64,000 nt of DNA from the NCBI RefSeq assembly GCF_018350175.1, contig NC_058369.1, forward strand, positions 17,486,001 to 17,550,000, in the 5' to 3' direction. Below the pieces are notes generated by a model that worked only from the letters and a program-made list of their open reading frames with translations, did not search any database and was not told the origin of the DNA. Positions within the stretch are counted from its first letter, which is position 1. Each line of letters starts with the position of its first letter. This stretch comes from Felis catus. Lineage: Eukaryota. Shown in pieces: positions 1-13,367 of this stretch. A program made the translations under genes and the position numbers.

Positions 1-976
1 TAGGATTCTAGAGCTTTCAAATGTGCCTTTTCCCCTTGACTTGCAGGTGTCTTTCTGATCACAGCCCCATAGTCTTGTCTCTTTCCTCCCAGTCAGGAGC
101 GTCACTGTCACTGCAGTGTCCAGCTCCAGCTCCTGGCTGATCCAGGCTGGGCTTGAAAGAGTCAGGAGTCTGGCAAATCAGGAGTCTCTGAGTCTCGGGT
201 ACCACAGGTGCCCAGCTTCTCTCCTCCACACCTTCCCTCCATTTCCTAAAGCTCACAGAGGACATGTAGTGACCTACCTGAATAGTCACAGCCTTCCTTT
301 GTCCAGCAGCCACAGCCCCTGTTTCCAGTCCTCACACCAGCCCTGCAAGAAGGACAGGACAGAAATGCCCCAGTTTCTCAACCTTCACAGAGTTCAGAGA
401 TAGCCCGAAATTTTACACTCATCAACTTTAATTCTCACAATGTTCCCTCCTTGACAGATAAGGAATCTAAGGCTCAGAGAGGCTAAATAACTTGCCCAAG
501 GTCACACAGCCACTTCTAAGAAATTACAACCAATGTATCAAAAGGAACAGTTTCACTGTGTTCTATGCACCCAGCACTGACTATTATCCCCACAAATAGA
601 CTCTAGCAGCCCTGAGGAGCCTGCCCAGGGGTCCTGGCTGGCCAGTACACACAGGGAGATGCGGGGGCGGCGGGGAGGGGAGGGGAGTGTTGCTCATCAG
701 TCTGGGGCAACAAATGGAAAAGGCCCAGAGGTGACTTTGTTGCTTCTTGAGAGACAACAGGAGTTGCCCAGACTCACCCCTTCACTGAGCAAATCCAGAA
801 ACTTACCTTGAGGGTCAATTGCTGAGGGGAGAAAGAGATAGGCGGGGAGAGCCTTCCAGATTCTCTCAGATGCAGAGTCAAGAAGCTAAGAAATGGCGAG
901 GCGCATGCAGGGCAAGCACCATCAGAGAAGCGGGAACAGAGAGGGAGAGAGGACTCCAACACAGTGAAGGACCTTT

Positions 977-1160
977 TTTTTTTTTTTAAGCTTATTTATT
1001 TTAGAGAGAGAGAGAAAGAGAGAACATGGGTGGGGGGAAGGGCAGAAAGAGAGAGAATCCCAACCAATCGATTCGAGGCTGGAACTCACAAACCGTGAGA
1101 TCACAACCTCAGCCAAAATCAAGAGTCTGGCGCTGAACCAACTGAGCCACCCAGGCACCC
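977..1160 (-). mobile_element. Carnivore SINE with target-site duplication
   Basis: tRNA-like head, (CT)n and A-tail; TSD cacagtgaaggaccttt / cacggtgaaggaccttt. Confidence 0.93.
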
Positions 1161-1799
1161 CACGGTGAAGGACCTTTGAAGGGGGAAGATGGGTAAAGGA
1201 GGCACACACACAACCTCCAGGGTACTTACTGCCCAGAAGGGCTCACGGTTCTCTCTTGGGAAAATCTGTACCCATCTGAAAGGCTGGATGCCAACAGTGA
1301 GTGGCCTCAGAAGGTCTCAGCATATGTGGGGCAGGGACAGTGTCTGTTGCCATGGTCGGTGGAGGCCCCTCCAGGCCTCTGACACTCTCTAAGCAGGCAG
1401 GCTGTGCATGTTTAACCTTCCGTGGGTGTACCCAGCACCACACTTGTGAGCTGGGTAGAAGCTTTGGAAGAACACAGCTCAGAGGCCACCCCTGGGAGGC
1501 CTTCCCTGACTCTCCTGGGGAAGGAGCTTTTGTGTCCTCCAGTTATCTTCTTCCCAGAGAGTTAAGTGCTCCCTGCCCTGGTCTGAGCCACTTCTGAGTT
1601 CTCCACAGTGCGCAGTGCTTGTTTCTTGTTCATTTTTTTTTAATTTTACTGCCTCACCTGCTGTCAGGGCTCAGGGTCCACTGGGTAGATAACAGCAGGG
1701 CAGGACTGCTGGATCCCCCGAGGAGGCTGGGTCCCTCAGCGTCCCACTCGGCCCTAAGAGCCCATGAGTTCTGAGCAGACAAATCTTCCCACCATCACC

Positions 1800-2348
1800 A
1801 TGGTGATGTACAATATATCCAAAAATTCCTTTGAGATGTTTTCCTTTCAAAGGTAGAGCCGAATTCCCCTCCCCTTGAATGTGGGCCAGACTTAGTGACT
1901 TGCTTCTAATGCATAGAATGTGGCAGAAGTGATGCTCTGACTGGGAGGCCAAGCGATAAAAAGGTTACAGCTTCCTCCTGGCTCCTTCCTCTGGAAGGGC
2001 TCACTCTGGGGGACGTTGGTGACCATACCCTTAGGACACTCGAGCAGCGCTGTGGAGAAGCCGCTGCAGGGAGGAAGTGAGGTCTGCTCTCAAAGCCAGC
2101 ACCAACCTGCCACGCGTGCAAGTGAGCCATGGCCCACGGGGGTCCCCCAGCCTCAGTCAGGCCCACAGATGACTGTGGCCCCGGCAACACAAGCTTGCAG
2201 GGCTTGAGACCCCAGGCCAGAACTGACTGGCCAAACCATTCTCGAATTCCTGATCCACAGAAACTGTGAGAGATAATAAATATTTCTTGTTGAATTAAGC
2301 CACTAAGTTTGGAGGTAATTTGTTGCACAGCAGTGGATAACTAAGACA
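1800..2348 (+). mobile_element. MaLR LTR (MLT1-like)
   Basis: Typical MLT1 motifs gacttagtgacttgcttctaa and 3' end gtaatttgttgcacagcagtggataactaagaca. Confidence 0.75.
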
Positions 2349-2636
2349 TTATCCTTCTCCCCACTGACTCTTTCCAAGCTCCCTCTGCTGCAGCCAAGTT
2401 GAACCACTCACTGTTCAAAGAAATACATTTTGATTGAGTACCTTCTGTGTGCCAGCCCTGGCCAGACACTAGGGATACGGCAGTGAGCCTGCTAGACCAG
2501 CGTGGGCTCTGTCGTCATGAGCTTAAGGGGTCACACACTCCAAACGTTGACAGATCCTGCTTTGGCCTGCATTGTGCCCTCCATCCAGAAAGCTCAACCC
2601 TGCCCACCCCTTATACTACATTCTGAACATGTTTTA

Positions 2637-3457
2637 TGTTTTTGTTTTTGTTTTTTAATTTTGGAAAGAGAGAGAGCAGGGGAGAGGGGCAGAGAGAGGT
2701 ATTTTTTTTGAGAGAGCGAGAGAGAGAGAGAGAGAGAGAGAGAGCAAGCCAGGGAGGGGAAGAGACAGAGAGAGAGAAATCCCAAGCAGGCTCCATGCTG
2801 TCAGCGCAGAGCCCAATGTGGGGCTCAAACTCATGAACGGTGAGATCATTGGTGAAGGACCATAAGGCAAGCAGAGGGCCAGGCACAAACTAGCATACCC
2901 CGCCCAACACATACACAAGATGGGACATGTGTGATATTCCTCAGACACTCCTGGCTGCCCAAGAACAAAGGAAAGGACAGAAAACAAACAGTTAAACAGT
3001 TTCCATCAGTTTACAAATATGTTAGTAATATTACAAGAAAAAGGCAATCTTATCAATAGCCTAATCTCCAGGAACTCCCTGCTATCTTACTGATAATACT
3101 TTGCTAGAAGGAAAAACAACCTTAGCTTGACAATAGCTAGGCCTCCAGTAATCTGTAAACCCTCTTTAGCACAGGAAAATCCCTTTAAGAAACCTTCTCT
3201 TGACTTTACCTCCCCCAACTCCACAGTATATAAACAATCACTGTACAATCCCAGTGCTGCTCTTCCTGCCCACGGGCCCTGTCCCTGTGCTTTAATAAAA
3301 TCATCTTTTTGCACCAAAGACGTCTTCAAGAATTCTTTCTTGGCCTTCAGCTCCGAACCCCACCAACACCCAGAAACTCCATCAATTATTACCTGAGCCG
3401 AAATCAAGAGTCAGACGCTTAACTGACTAAGCCACCCAGGCGCCCCGAGAAAGAGAC

Positions 3458-3492
<35 letters not shown>

Positions 3493-3615
3493 CTTAAGCA
3501 GGCACCACGCTCAGAGTGGACCCCGATGTGGGGCTCCATCTCATGACCCTGGGATCATGACGGGAGGCAAAACCAAGAGTTGGATGCTCAATAGACAGAG
3601 CCACACTGGCACCTC
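2637..3615 (-). mobile_element. Nested SINE-in-SINE
   Basis: Outer TSD ctgaacatgtttta at 2623-2636 and 3616-3629; inner SINE at ~2700-3446. Confidence 0.85.
2850..3384 (+). mobile_element. Solo ERV LTR
   Basis: TG...CA ends, TATATAAA 3227-3234, AATAAA 3294-3299, TSD atcat/attat; splits a SINE. Confidence 0.85.
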
Positions 3616-4069
3616 CTGAACATGTTTTAGTTGACTTTTCTCCATCAGCACTGAACCCAAATGTTGTCTCCTCTGTGAAGCTATTCTAAGTGCCCATTGG
3701 ACATTATGTTTCTCATCTCTGAACTCTTATAATGCTTTATCTCAACCTTAGTTTGGCCACTTAACATCTTTGTATTATGATTATTTATTTTTATAACCTC
3801 CCCTATTAGCTGCTGTAGACTCCTTGGGATGGATGTCTTATTCATGACTGTATTCACACAGCCAGTGTACCAAGTGCCACGTGCATAGTTAGCATTCAAG
3901 AAATGTACATTATGCAAATGAACATGTGAATGGCTTGTCCATAATATAACAAAGACAAACTGAATGCCAGCAGAGAAAAACAAATGCAATGCTAGGAGCT
4001 GGCAGGGAGGTGCATACCAACTGGGAGAAAAAGCAGGAAGTGTCTATGAACTAAACTCTATTAGATTCT

Positions 4070-4542
4070 AATAATATCCACCATACAACTCCTCTATGAT
4101 CCAGCCATTCTTCTCCCAAGCACACACTTCAGAGAAATAGATGCATGTGCCCCAAACAGACTTGTACAAAAATGTTCAGAGGGGCGCCTGGCTGGTTCAG
4201 TCGGAAGAGCACAAGACTCTTAATCTCTGGGTCGTGAGTTTGAGCCCCACGTTGGGTATAGAGATTACTAAAAAAAAAAAACTTACAAAAAATGTTCAGA
4301 GCATCTTCATCCATAACAAACCCAAACTAGAACTTACCTAAAATCCACAAAGGAATAGATAGACAAACAGATATAGTTATAAACAGAACACTGCACAACA
4401 ATTTAAAAAATAACTTACAGAACACCTGGGTGGCTCGGTCGGTTGAGTGTCTTAACTCTTGATTTCAGCTTAGATTGTGATCCCAGGGTTGTGGGATTGA
4501 GCCCTGCATTGGGTTCCATGCTGAGCATAGAGCCTGCTTAGG

Positions 4543-4599
<57 letters not shown>

Positions 4600-5010
4600 C
4601 TGCCCCCCTCCCCCACTCACACACACACTCTCTCTAAACAAACAAACAAACAAACAAACACTACTGGGACATGCACTAACATAGGTAAATCACAAAAATA
4701 TTACATTGAATGAGAGAAGTGGACACAGAGGAGTTGATAAATACAATAATAAGTGATTCCATTTATATAGCATTCAGAACAGGCAGAACTAACCTATGGT
4801 GATAGAAGTTGGAACAATAATCACCTCTGGGAGAGATCATTGCCTAGGGTGGAGATGCTTCAGGGAATTTTCTAGGGTGGTGAACTTTCTTGATCTGGGT
4901 TAGTGGTGAGAATTTTTTTTGATCTTGGTAGTGGTTAACTGTATGTATATGTAGGTAAAATTAATTGACCTGTATTTTACTGTATGTAAACTATACTTTA
5001 ATTAAACAAA
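4070..5010 (+). mobile_element. Old L1 3' fragment interrupted by two SINEs (~4180-4281, ~4420-4660)
   Basis: L1M-like 3' motifs (gattccatttatatag, aacctatggtgatagaagt, tgtatgtaaactatac). Confidence 0.7.
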
Positions 5011-5919
5011 ACCAATAAAATGTTAGTAACCCCCAGCCTGAAACAGAGAAACTAAAGGGACCCCATGAAAAATTGCTTTATTCCCTCCTTTTCCTGCTTC
5101 CATTCTTACTAGGACTTACACCTCCACCTTCCACATACCTTATAGAACAGATAATGTTTGTCCTCTTTGTAAAGGTCAAGGATTTAGTGAGTCTTCCAGC
5201 ACGATAGATAACATCTTAGGAGTGCCTGGAAATGGTCCTGTCACTAACCATTTTCCAAAACCACTGACTCATCAAGACCCCTGGTCCAGAGCATGAGTGA
5301 TTTATGGAGGACACCTAAACACTTGTCTTTGTTCCTGGATTACTGAGAAGACCACCATCCTCAATAAAAACCCCAGGCCCAGGGCACCTGGCTGGCTCAG
5401 TCTGAAAGAGCATGTGACTCTTTTCTTTTCTCTTTTAATATTTTATTTTTAAATAATCTCTGCACCCAAGATGGGGCTCAAATTTATAACCCTGAGATCA
5501 AGAGTCACAGCTGAGCCAGCCAGGAGCCCTGAGCTTGAGATTCTTGATCTCGGGGTTCTGAGTTTGAGCCCCATCTTAGGTGTACAAATTACTAAAAAAC
5601 TAAAATAAACTTAAAAAAAAACAAAAAAAAAAAACCCTCAGGCCCCAAGCAAAACCAAGACTCACTTTTCTTTCCAAGTCTCCCAGATGCTCTGTTTCTA
5701 GATTCTCTATGTCTTCAATAAACTCTCCTCTAACTTCCTCTCGGCTCTTTGATATCCACCTTGTGCAAAGCCAAGGACCCTCTTGGCTGGTCCAGTGGGA
5801 CCCCTTCTGGGTCCTCATCCCCAAACAGCCTTCATCGAGCTCTGTGTTCCTCATAGGATACACCACAGTACATACATGCTGAGTAAATTAGTCAAATCAT
5901 ATCTGTCAATAGACCTCAT

Positions 5920-7677
5920 CCTGTTTTAGTGTTCTGACTCTGACACGAGTTGCAGTATGTATTTTCTCCCCATACCATCAAGCAATTCCCCAACACCAGA
6001 TGGGTGTCCTACAATTCACCTTACCTTCTTTGGACACCATTTGCACATCCAGATTGTGATCCGTGCTCTTCTAACTTACTAGCTACAGATTGGAGGTTCC
6101 AACTACCTCTTCCTTAGATGTAATTACTTTGCTAATGCCGTTCACAGAACTCTAAGAAACATTTTACTTCCTAGATGACTGGTTTATCATAAAAGGATGT
6201 AACTTACAAACACCCAGAGGGGATGTATCAGACAGGGTATAAGGGAAGAGGCTCAGAGCCTCTAGGCTCTCTCTGAGGGTACCACTTTCCCACCACCTCC
6301 ACGTGTTCACCAGCCTAAAAGCTCTTCAAACCGCATCCTTTTCTTGGGTTTTTATGGAGGCTTCATGACAGAGGAGAGGCACTGTGGATTAAATCATTGG
6401 CAGCTGGCCATTGATTCAACCTCCAGCCCCTCTCCTCCTTCCAGATGTCAGGAGGTGGGCCTGAAAGTTCCAACTTAATCACATGGTTGATTTTCCTGGC
6501 AACTAGCCCCCATTCTTAGGTGCTCCCCAAAAGCACTTTGTTAACATAAACTCAGGTATAGTTGACTGTAGTTTGTTATCAATATCAAGAGACCTTTCAA
6601 TTCTTTTTATTTTTTTAATTTACATCCAAGTTAGTTAGCATATAGTGCAATAATTATTTCAGGAGTAGATTCCAGTGTTTCATCCCCTATGTATAACACC
6701 CAGTGCTCATCCCAACAAGTGTCTTCCTTAATGCCCCTTGCCCATTTAGCCCATCTCCCCACCCACAACCTGTCCAGCAACCCTCATTTTGTTCTCTGTA
6801 TTTAAGAGTCTCTTCTGTTTTGTCCCCCTCCCTGTTTTTATATTATTTTTGCTTCCCTTCCCTTATGTTCATCTGTTTTGTATTTTAAATTCTACATATG
6901 AGTGAAGTCATATGATATTTGTCTTTCTCTGGCTAATTTTACTAAGCATAATACACTCTAGTTCCATCCATGTTGTTGCAAATGGCAAGATTTCATTCCT
7001 GTTGATCACCAAGTAATACTCCATTGTATGTATATACATATATACCATATCTTCTTTATCCATTCACATGTTGGTGGACATTTGAGCTCTTTCCATACTT
7101 TGGCTATTGTTGATAATGCTGCTATAAACATTGGGGTCCATGTGCCCCTTCAAAACAGTACTCCTGCATCCTTTGGGCAAATACCTAGTAGTGCAATTTC
7201 TGGGTCGTAGGGTAGTTCTAGTTTTAGTTTCGTGAGGAACCTCCATGCTGTTTTCCAGAGTAGCTACACCAGTTTGCATTTCCACCAATAGTGGAAGAGG
7301 GTTCTCGTTTCTCCTCGTCCTTGTCAACATCTGTCATTGCCTGAGTTGTCAATTTTAGCCATTCTGACAGGTGTGAGGTGATATCTCATTGTGGTTTTGA
7401 TTTGTATTTCCCTGATGATGATGTTGAGCATCTTTTCATGTGTCTGTTAGCCATCTGGATGTCTTCCTTGGAAAAGTATGTATTCATGTCTTCTGCCCAT
7501 TTCTTCACTGGATTATTTGTTTTTTGGGTGTTGAGTTTGATAACTTCTTTATAGATTTTGAATACTAAGACACCTTTACATTCTTATCTCCTAGGAAATT
7601 CCAAGGGTTTTAAGAGCTCTGTGCCAGGAACGGGGATGAAGACCAAACATATATTTATTATAAATCACAATATTACA
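5920..7677 (-). mobile_element. MER21-like ERV LTR, split by an L1 insertion
   Basis: Terminus gaccaaacatatatttattataaatcacaatattaca resembles a reverse-complemented MER21 start. Confidence 0.65.
6600..7566 (-). mobile_element. 5'-truncated carnivore L1 (ORF2 C-terminus plus 3'UTR)
   Basis: Degraded ORF2 C-terminal peptide (TLENSMEVP); TSD aagagaccttt 6587-6597 / aagacaccttt 7567-7577. Confidence 0.9.
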
Positions 7678-7819
7678 GTGCCAAGTCTCATGAGAGGTAG
7701 GATTTCACACAAGTACTGAGCAGCATTTTACTTAACAAACTTACCTGATGAAGTAACAGTTTATTTTCCCAAGGATCCTTGGTAGTAGAGTTTGGATTCA
7801 AGCATTAAACTCTCTTAAC

Positions 7820-8190
7820 ACTTTAAGTTGTGGTGAAATATACATAACATAAAATTTATCATTTTAATCTTTTTTGTTAAGTGTACAGTTCAATGACATT
7901 AAGTACATTCCCATTTTTGTGCAACCAACACCACTATCCATCTCTAGAACTTTTCATCATCCCAAACTCTCTATCCATTGAACATTAGCTCCCCATTCCT
8001 CCCTGTCCCCAAGCTCTTGGTAACCAGTGTTCTTTCTGTCTCTGTGAATTTGTCCATTCTGTCCTTTTGTGACTGGCTTATTTCACTTAGCTTGATGTCT
8101 TCAAGGTTCAACCATGTTGTAGCATGTCTTCTTGCAGACTTGCATTTCTTCTTAAGGCTGAGTAATACCCCATTTCACACTTCCTTTTTT
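7820..8190 (-). mobile_element. L1MB-like 3' fragment
   Basis: aagtgtacagttcaatgacattaagtacatt, gactggcttatttcacttagc. Confidence 0.75.
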
Positions 8191-8649
8191 TTTATTCTTT
8201 AATGCCTAATCCCCACCCCCAACCCCTGACCCCCACTCAATTACATCAGAATGTATTTAACACTTTTTATAAAAATACACATTTTATGAGCATCCTTGCC
8301 TTGAGCATAACTGGAGCTTTTCTTAATGCTTCAACATTCACATTCTGAATCCTTCTTCTGTCAGTGCCTCAGTTTCTCTCTACAAATGAAAGGGCTCACA
8401 TGGGTCTTCCACATGGCTATGACATAGCTTTTGCCTTTTTGAAGCCTTGGACCCAGACTCCATCTGTCCGTTGGGCAGGAATGGGTGGATTGTGTGTTCT
8501 CTAGACAGAGAAGGGATATAGCTTTGGGTCAGCACCCTTTCTTGGCCTGGAAAGTCCATTGCAAGGGGCAGGTAAGCACAGTACAATGGATATAGACAAT
8601 GACATTGTACTTTAATTATGTAATATGATAAATATCATGACATGGATAT

Positions 8650-9035
8650 AGGGTATCCCGAATTGGATGGTGGGGGGCTACCAAACGTGGGGTGCTCCAG
8701 ACCGGTGGTGCAGGCAGTGAAAGAATTCACCCAAGGCAGAACAGAAGAGATAGAAGTATACTGAATACACCATAATGGAGCAATGGGCAGGACAGCAAAG
8801 GAGAGACTGTCTGCAAGGAGGCAGTGATGAGGGGCCACAGTTATAGGGTAGAGTGAGGAAGCATGAGGACCTGAGGAAGGTTCCGGTTTTTTTCGTAATC
8901 TTAGGAACTGTGCCTGGTTGTAACTGGTCAGTTAGGGTCTATGGCTATTTCGAGGTAGGTCCCTTAATGAGCCTGTGTGCATTCAGCTGGGTGGTCCCTG
9001 TGGGTCCTTTTGCCTTGCTGTACAATGGGCCTATA
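8650..9035 (-). mobile_element. Probable carnivore ERV LTR inside an L1 3' remnant
   Basis: LTR-like composition flanked on both sides by L1 3'-end sequence. Confidence 0.5.
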
Positions 9036-9763
9036 TTATGGCATATAAATGTATCAATGTATCAATGTATAAATGTATCAAACTAACACATTGCACACCT
9101 TCAACTTACACAATGCTACACATCAAATTTACTCAATTAAATAAATAAATTAACTAATTAATTGAAATTAATTTAATTTAAAATAAGGGGCAGTTAAGTC
9201 AGAGGAGATGAACTGAGGAAGTCTGACACCAAGCTCAAAACACACATCTGACTCTTTCATCATGACTAGCCACTCCCCTCCCTGCTCAAGCCGGTTGGGT
9301 GAAAGCCACCTCCAGGCATTTCTCCTGGCACACATCACCCCAGAACGCAGCCAGAGATCGGCACTGATGTCAGTGGGGAATCCCAGACAATTGGCACTCG
9401 TGTCCAGGATCTAGCCTGCAGAAAGGGACATGGCAGCCTGGTTTGGCTCTCCAGAGCATCCAGGTGAGAACAGTTAACAACCTATGTATGGAAGGAAGAC
9501 CCTGCCCCACAGAACATGGCTGAGATCCCACAAGGCATTAAGCAGCAACCAGGTTCTGTACCCTCCTGTCCCAGACCTGAGACCCACGGGTGTGCTCCAC
9601 ATCCTTCCTTAAAAGCATGGGAGAGAAGTATAATGTTTTGCACTCCAAAGTCACCCTGTATTTGGGCTCTAGTCGTGGCTCCTTCATTAGGAACTGTGAG
9701 GCCTCTAGATGTATAAAAGGTAGCAGAACCTTGTACGCCCTTAGCAAATGGAATCAAGGGCCA

Positions 9764-9801
9764 TATCATCATCATCATCATCATCCTCATCCTCATCATC
9801 A
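9764..9801. repeat. (CAT)n/(CCT) microsatellite
   Basis: atcatcatcatcatcatcatcctcatcctcatcatcat. Confidence 0.95.
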
Positions 9802-10182
9802 TATTTGGGCTCAATTGGAGGGGGGAGTAGGTTGACCATGACAGCTTGTGTGTTTTGTCATCCACAACATGCAAAATGCAGAAAAGACTGATGGCAAGAA
9901 CACAGTGGGCAGGAGCAGAAAGCTGTTTCCAGGCTGCCCATGGACCTATGAGGCAGGTCAGTCACTAGCCCTATTTTCAACCATCAGAAGCAGCTCTTGC
10001 CCAGGTCACTTGCTCAAGCTGGGGACCTACCTGCTCTTTTTGTTTTATTTTATTTTATTTTATTTTATTTTACTTTTTTAAGGAAGCTCTATGCCCAACA
10101 TGGGGCTTGAACTCACAACCCCAAGATCAAGAGTTGCATGCTCTACCAACTGAATTAGCCAGCACTAACCCCCTCCCCGCCA

Positions 10183-10183
<1 letters not shown>

Positions 10184-10223
<40 letters not shown>
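10184..10223. repeat. (CA)n microsatellite
   Basis: Read directly. Confidence 0.97.
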
Positions 10224-10224
<1 letters not shown>

Positions 10225-11744
10225 CTGCTTAATTTAGAGAATCCTGTTCGGCCGACAGGCAAGACAAATACCCACACTTCGTTCCAAGATAGATCCTGAT
10301 GGGCCTGTGGTTAACATGATTCCTCTGGCTCCTCCCCGAGCCCTAGGCACTAGGGAGTCTTGCTCATATCATCAAGAATGAAGAGCTAAGCAAATAACTT
10401 GGGGCCCAAGCATCTGGCATGAGCACTGGCTTTGTCACTTACCAGTTGGTGATCTGGAGCAAGTCAGTTAAACTCTGTAAACCCCAAGCTGCTCATGTAT
10501 AAATCAAGCAGTCATAAACCCTCCATGTCACAGGGTTAGTGAGAGAGTCAAGGAAGATACCACATGGAAGTACTTGGTATATGATGAAATTACATGAGCG
10601 ATAGGGATTATGAGCATGAAATAGCTCCACAGCCAGGAGTTCTGCACTCCGGTATTGGCTCTGCCTTCATTTAGGGTAAGTCCCTTCCCTCAGTTGGGCT
10701 AGAAGAGCTTCTCTGTTTGATCAAGGCTGACGGTCAATGGTGACCGTGGTGGGCAAAGCAGTGAGTGTGAATCTTGTGTGGGAAAGCCAGGCAAGGCAAC
10801 CAGACAGCAGCAGCCAGTGCTGAATGACCAAAAGAAGTGACAAAGTGACACCACCCCCTCCCCGACACATATGGCATCGAGCCTAGCTTCTGGCAGTGCT
10901 GGGTTTAAGCAGGGAGGCCAGATGGGTCAGTCTCAGTTTCCTGAGCAGCTCCAGGACACAGCCTAACCCCTAAGAAGCAGGCTAAAGCTGGGGAAGGGCC
11001 TCTGTCCCTGATGCACTTGGAAGGCCACTCTGAGCAGGACTGGCGTATGCAGGGCAGGCAGACGTTATGTCATCCGTGCATCTGGAAACCACAGACCCAC
11101 CCTCCCGGGTCCCCCGCGGCTCTCCTACTTTCTGAGCAAGATCCCTAGGTTCCCCTCCCTCTGCATCCCCAGCCCTTTACATTCCAGGCTCCCAAGGAAC
11201 TGAGCTAGGACCTCCTGGGCTTCTGTCCAAGCAGCTAATTCTAAACTCCCCCACCCTCTTGTCCCCTGGGAGTAAACAATATAACCTTAAACAAAGCCGG
11301 CTGCCTCAGCCTTGAGGAAAAAATACCGGGCATGTTGAGTGCTACGCTTCTTGTTTATTTCTTTGTACCCACGCTTTGTTCCAAGATAGAACCTGAGGGG
11401 GCTGTATTTATTGTAAGTCTCCTGTCCCGTCTCTGGGCTTTCAGACACCGTGAATCTTGCTCACATTCACAAGGTCTATGGGGTGATGGAGCAGGCGTGT
11501 TTCAAGTCAGAAAGTTGAGTGTTAGATCCCAGCCCCGCCCCCTTATTAACGGACAAGTCTCTCAGCCTGTCTGAAGCTTGGTTTCTTCGTCCACAAATAA
11601 AACATGGTTGATAATACCACTGACATCACACAGTTGCTGTGAGGATGGTGTGACTCAGGGCTTGTCGGTCGGCTGGCTGCCCGCGGTGAGTGCTCAACAT
11701 AGATGACCTTCCTGCTGTCCATTCCCCTTCCATCAGACCATGAT

Positions 11745-11905
11745 CCTCACTCCCCTGGAGGGTTGTTCAAGCCCCAGTCGCTGGACTTCATCACCAGAGC
11801 CTCTGATTCAGCAGTTCTGAGCCAGGTCCTGAGATGTGCATTTCTAACAAGCCTTTAGGGGCGGCTGCTGCGGGCGGCCCAGAGGCCACACTTTGAGAAC
11901 CACTG
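11745..11905. mobile_element. MER5A-like DNA transposon remnant
   Basis: tctgattcagcag...tgcatttctaacaag...cacactttgagaaccactg. Confidence 0.75.
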
Positions 11906-12029
11906 TGTGAGACAAAGTTTCCACAGCCCTCATTTCCTTTGTGAGGAGGAGGGGGTGGGGTTGTGCCCTCTACTCCCAGCCTGGCACATAGGGAAGCTCT
12001 GGGACAGACTTTTCAGAAGCAAAAGACTT

Positions 12030-12540
12030 CAGGTATTTGTTGACACATACTTGACCTGCCACAAAATTCACCCATTTTTTTTTTTAATTCACCCATTTTA
12101 AATGCTTGATGAGTTTACAGAATTGTGCAACCATCTCCATAATACAGTTTTAGAACATTCTCACCACCCCACAAAGTTCCCTGGGGCCCATCTGTGGTCA
12201 GGCCCCAAACCCACTCCAAGCTCCAGGCAACCACTGGTCTGCTTTCTGTATCTAAGTTTTGCCTCTTCTAGAAAGGTCATTCATATGGACTCATGCAGTA
12301 TGTGGTCTTTTGTGTTTGGCTTCTTTCAGTCAGCATAACGGTTTTGAGGTTCATCCGTGTTGTAGCACGTGTCAGGAAATCATCCCTCTTCACTGACGAG
12401 TAGTGTTCCATCCTATGGGTGTATCACGGTGGTTTATCCACTCATCCGTGATGAGAGCTAAAGTTGTTTTTGGTATTGTGAACAATGCTGCTATGAACAT
12501 TCATGTGCAAGCCCTTGTGTGGACATGTGTTTTCAAATGC
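12030..12540 (-). mobile_element. L1MB-like 3' fragment
   Basis: gaattgtgcaaccatc, ttttgaggttcatccgtgttgtagca, aatgctgctatgaacattcatg. Confidence 0.8.
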
Positions 12541-13367
12541 TGTTTTTAAAGATAAACCCTAATTCACCAAGACTCTTCCCCACTCCTCCGGGTGTCTGTA
12601 GCCAATGCCACTAGAGGTATGAGGCAAGGGATTGATTCCAAAGGGCTAACAGGAGAACCCAGCCTCTCCTACCAGAAGCTAACCAGTTGAGACCAAACTC
12701 AGAGCCCTCCCCGGGCCCCTCCACCCTGTGGCCTCACCTTACCCACTGTCATCACCCTCCCCCTCGTTACCCCAAAAGTTATGCCTGGATTGAGGGTTGG
12801 GGAATAAAGGCTTTTGCCTTTCAGTTAAATTAAATTGCTCAAAGCAGCCAGCTGGGAAGAGAATGAAAACAGGATTGACCCAGATCTCTTGAAAGTCCTG
12901 GGGCTTCTCATCCCTCCTGTGCATCACTGGGCCTGCAGTGTCCCTGTGGATGACGCACTGTCTGGTCCCAAAGTAGCATCCTCGGTGTGCACAGCAGTTA
13001 GAACAAACTGAGGACCCAGACGCTGGTTTTCTACCCCAAAGCCCCCTGATTCTTTGCTGCCAGTCAGCTCCCCTGGCTTGGAAGTCTTCGCGTCTAAAGC
13101 ACCTAGGCTCCGTTCCTTATATCTCAGAGACATCCCGGCTGCTGTGCAGGAAAGTATTCTTCCTGCTCCACTTCCAAGCTCTTCCATCTACCACATGGCG
13201 CCAAAGCTGTTAACCTGCACACATACACTGTCCCTTGAAAGGGCCCTAGAGGAATCGATAGAGCAAAGGCTGTTGAGGGCCCTTTGTCCCGAGCCAGTTC
13301 CCCTCTCCAGTTCCAGTAAACCTCTCCTGTGTCCAGCCAGTTTCTGGATTCAAATCTTAGGCCAATA

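Noticed and set aside
661..686. G-quadruplex-capable G-tract
   Set aside because: Isolated intergenic motif with no supporting context; common genome-wide.
770..930. Strong minus-strand donor motifs (AAGgtaagt at ~801-809, GGgtgagt at ~772-779) suggesting a hidden exon
   Set aside because: No convincing acceptor, coding homology or partner exons; such motifs occur by chance.
7064..7330. L1 ORF2-like peptide
   Set aside because: Frameshifted fragment of a 5'-truncated L1; not an active element or a host gene.
9482..9874. Poly-His and poly-Met ORFs
   Set aside because: Translation of a (CAT)n microsatellite and MIR-like sequence.
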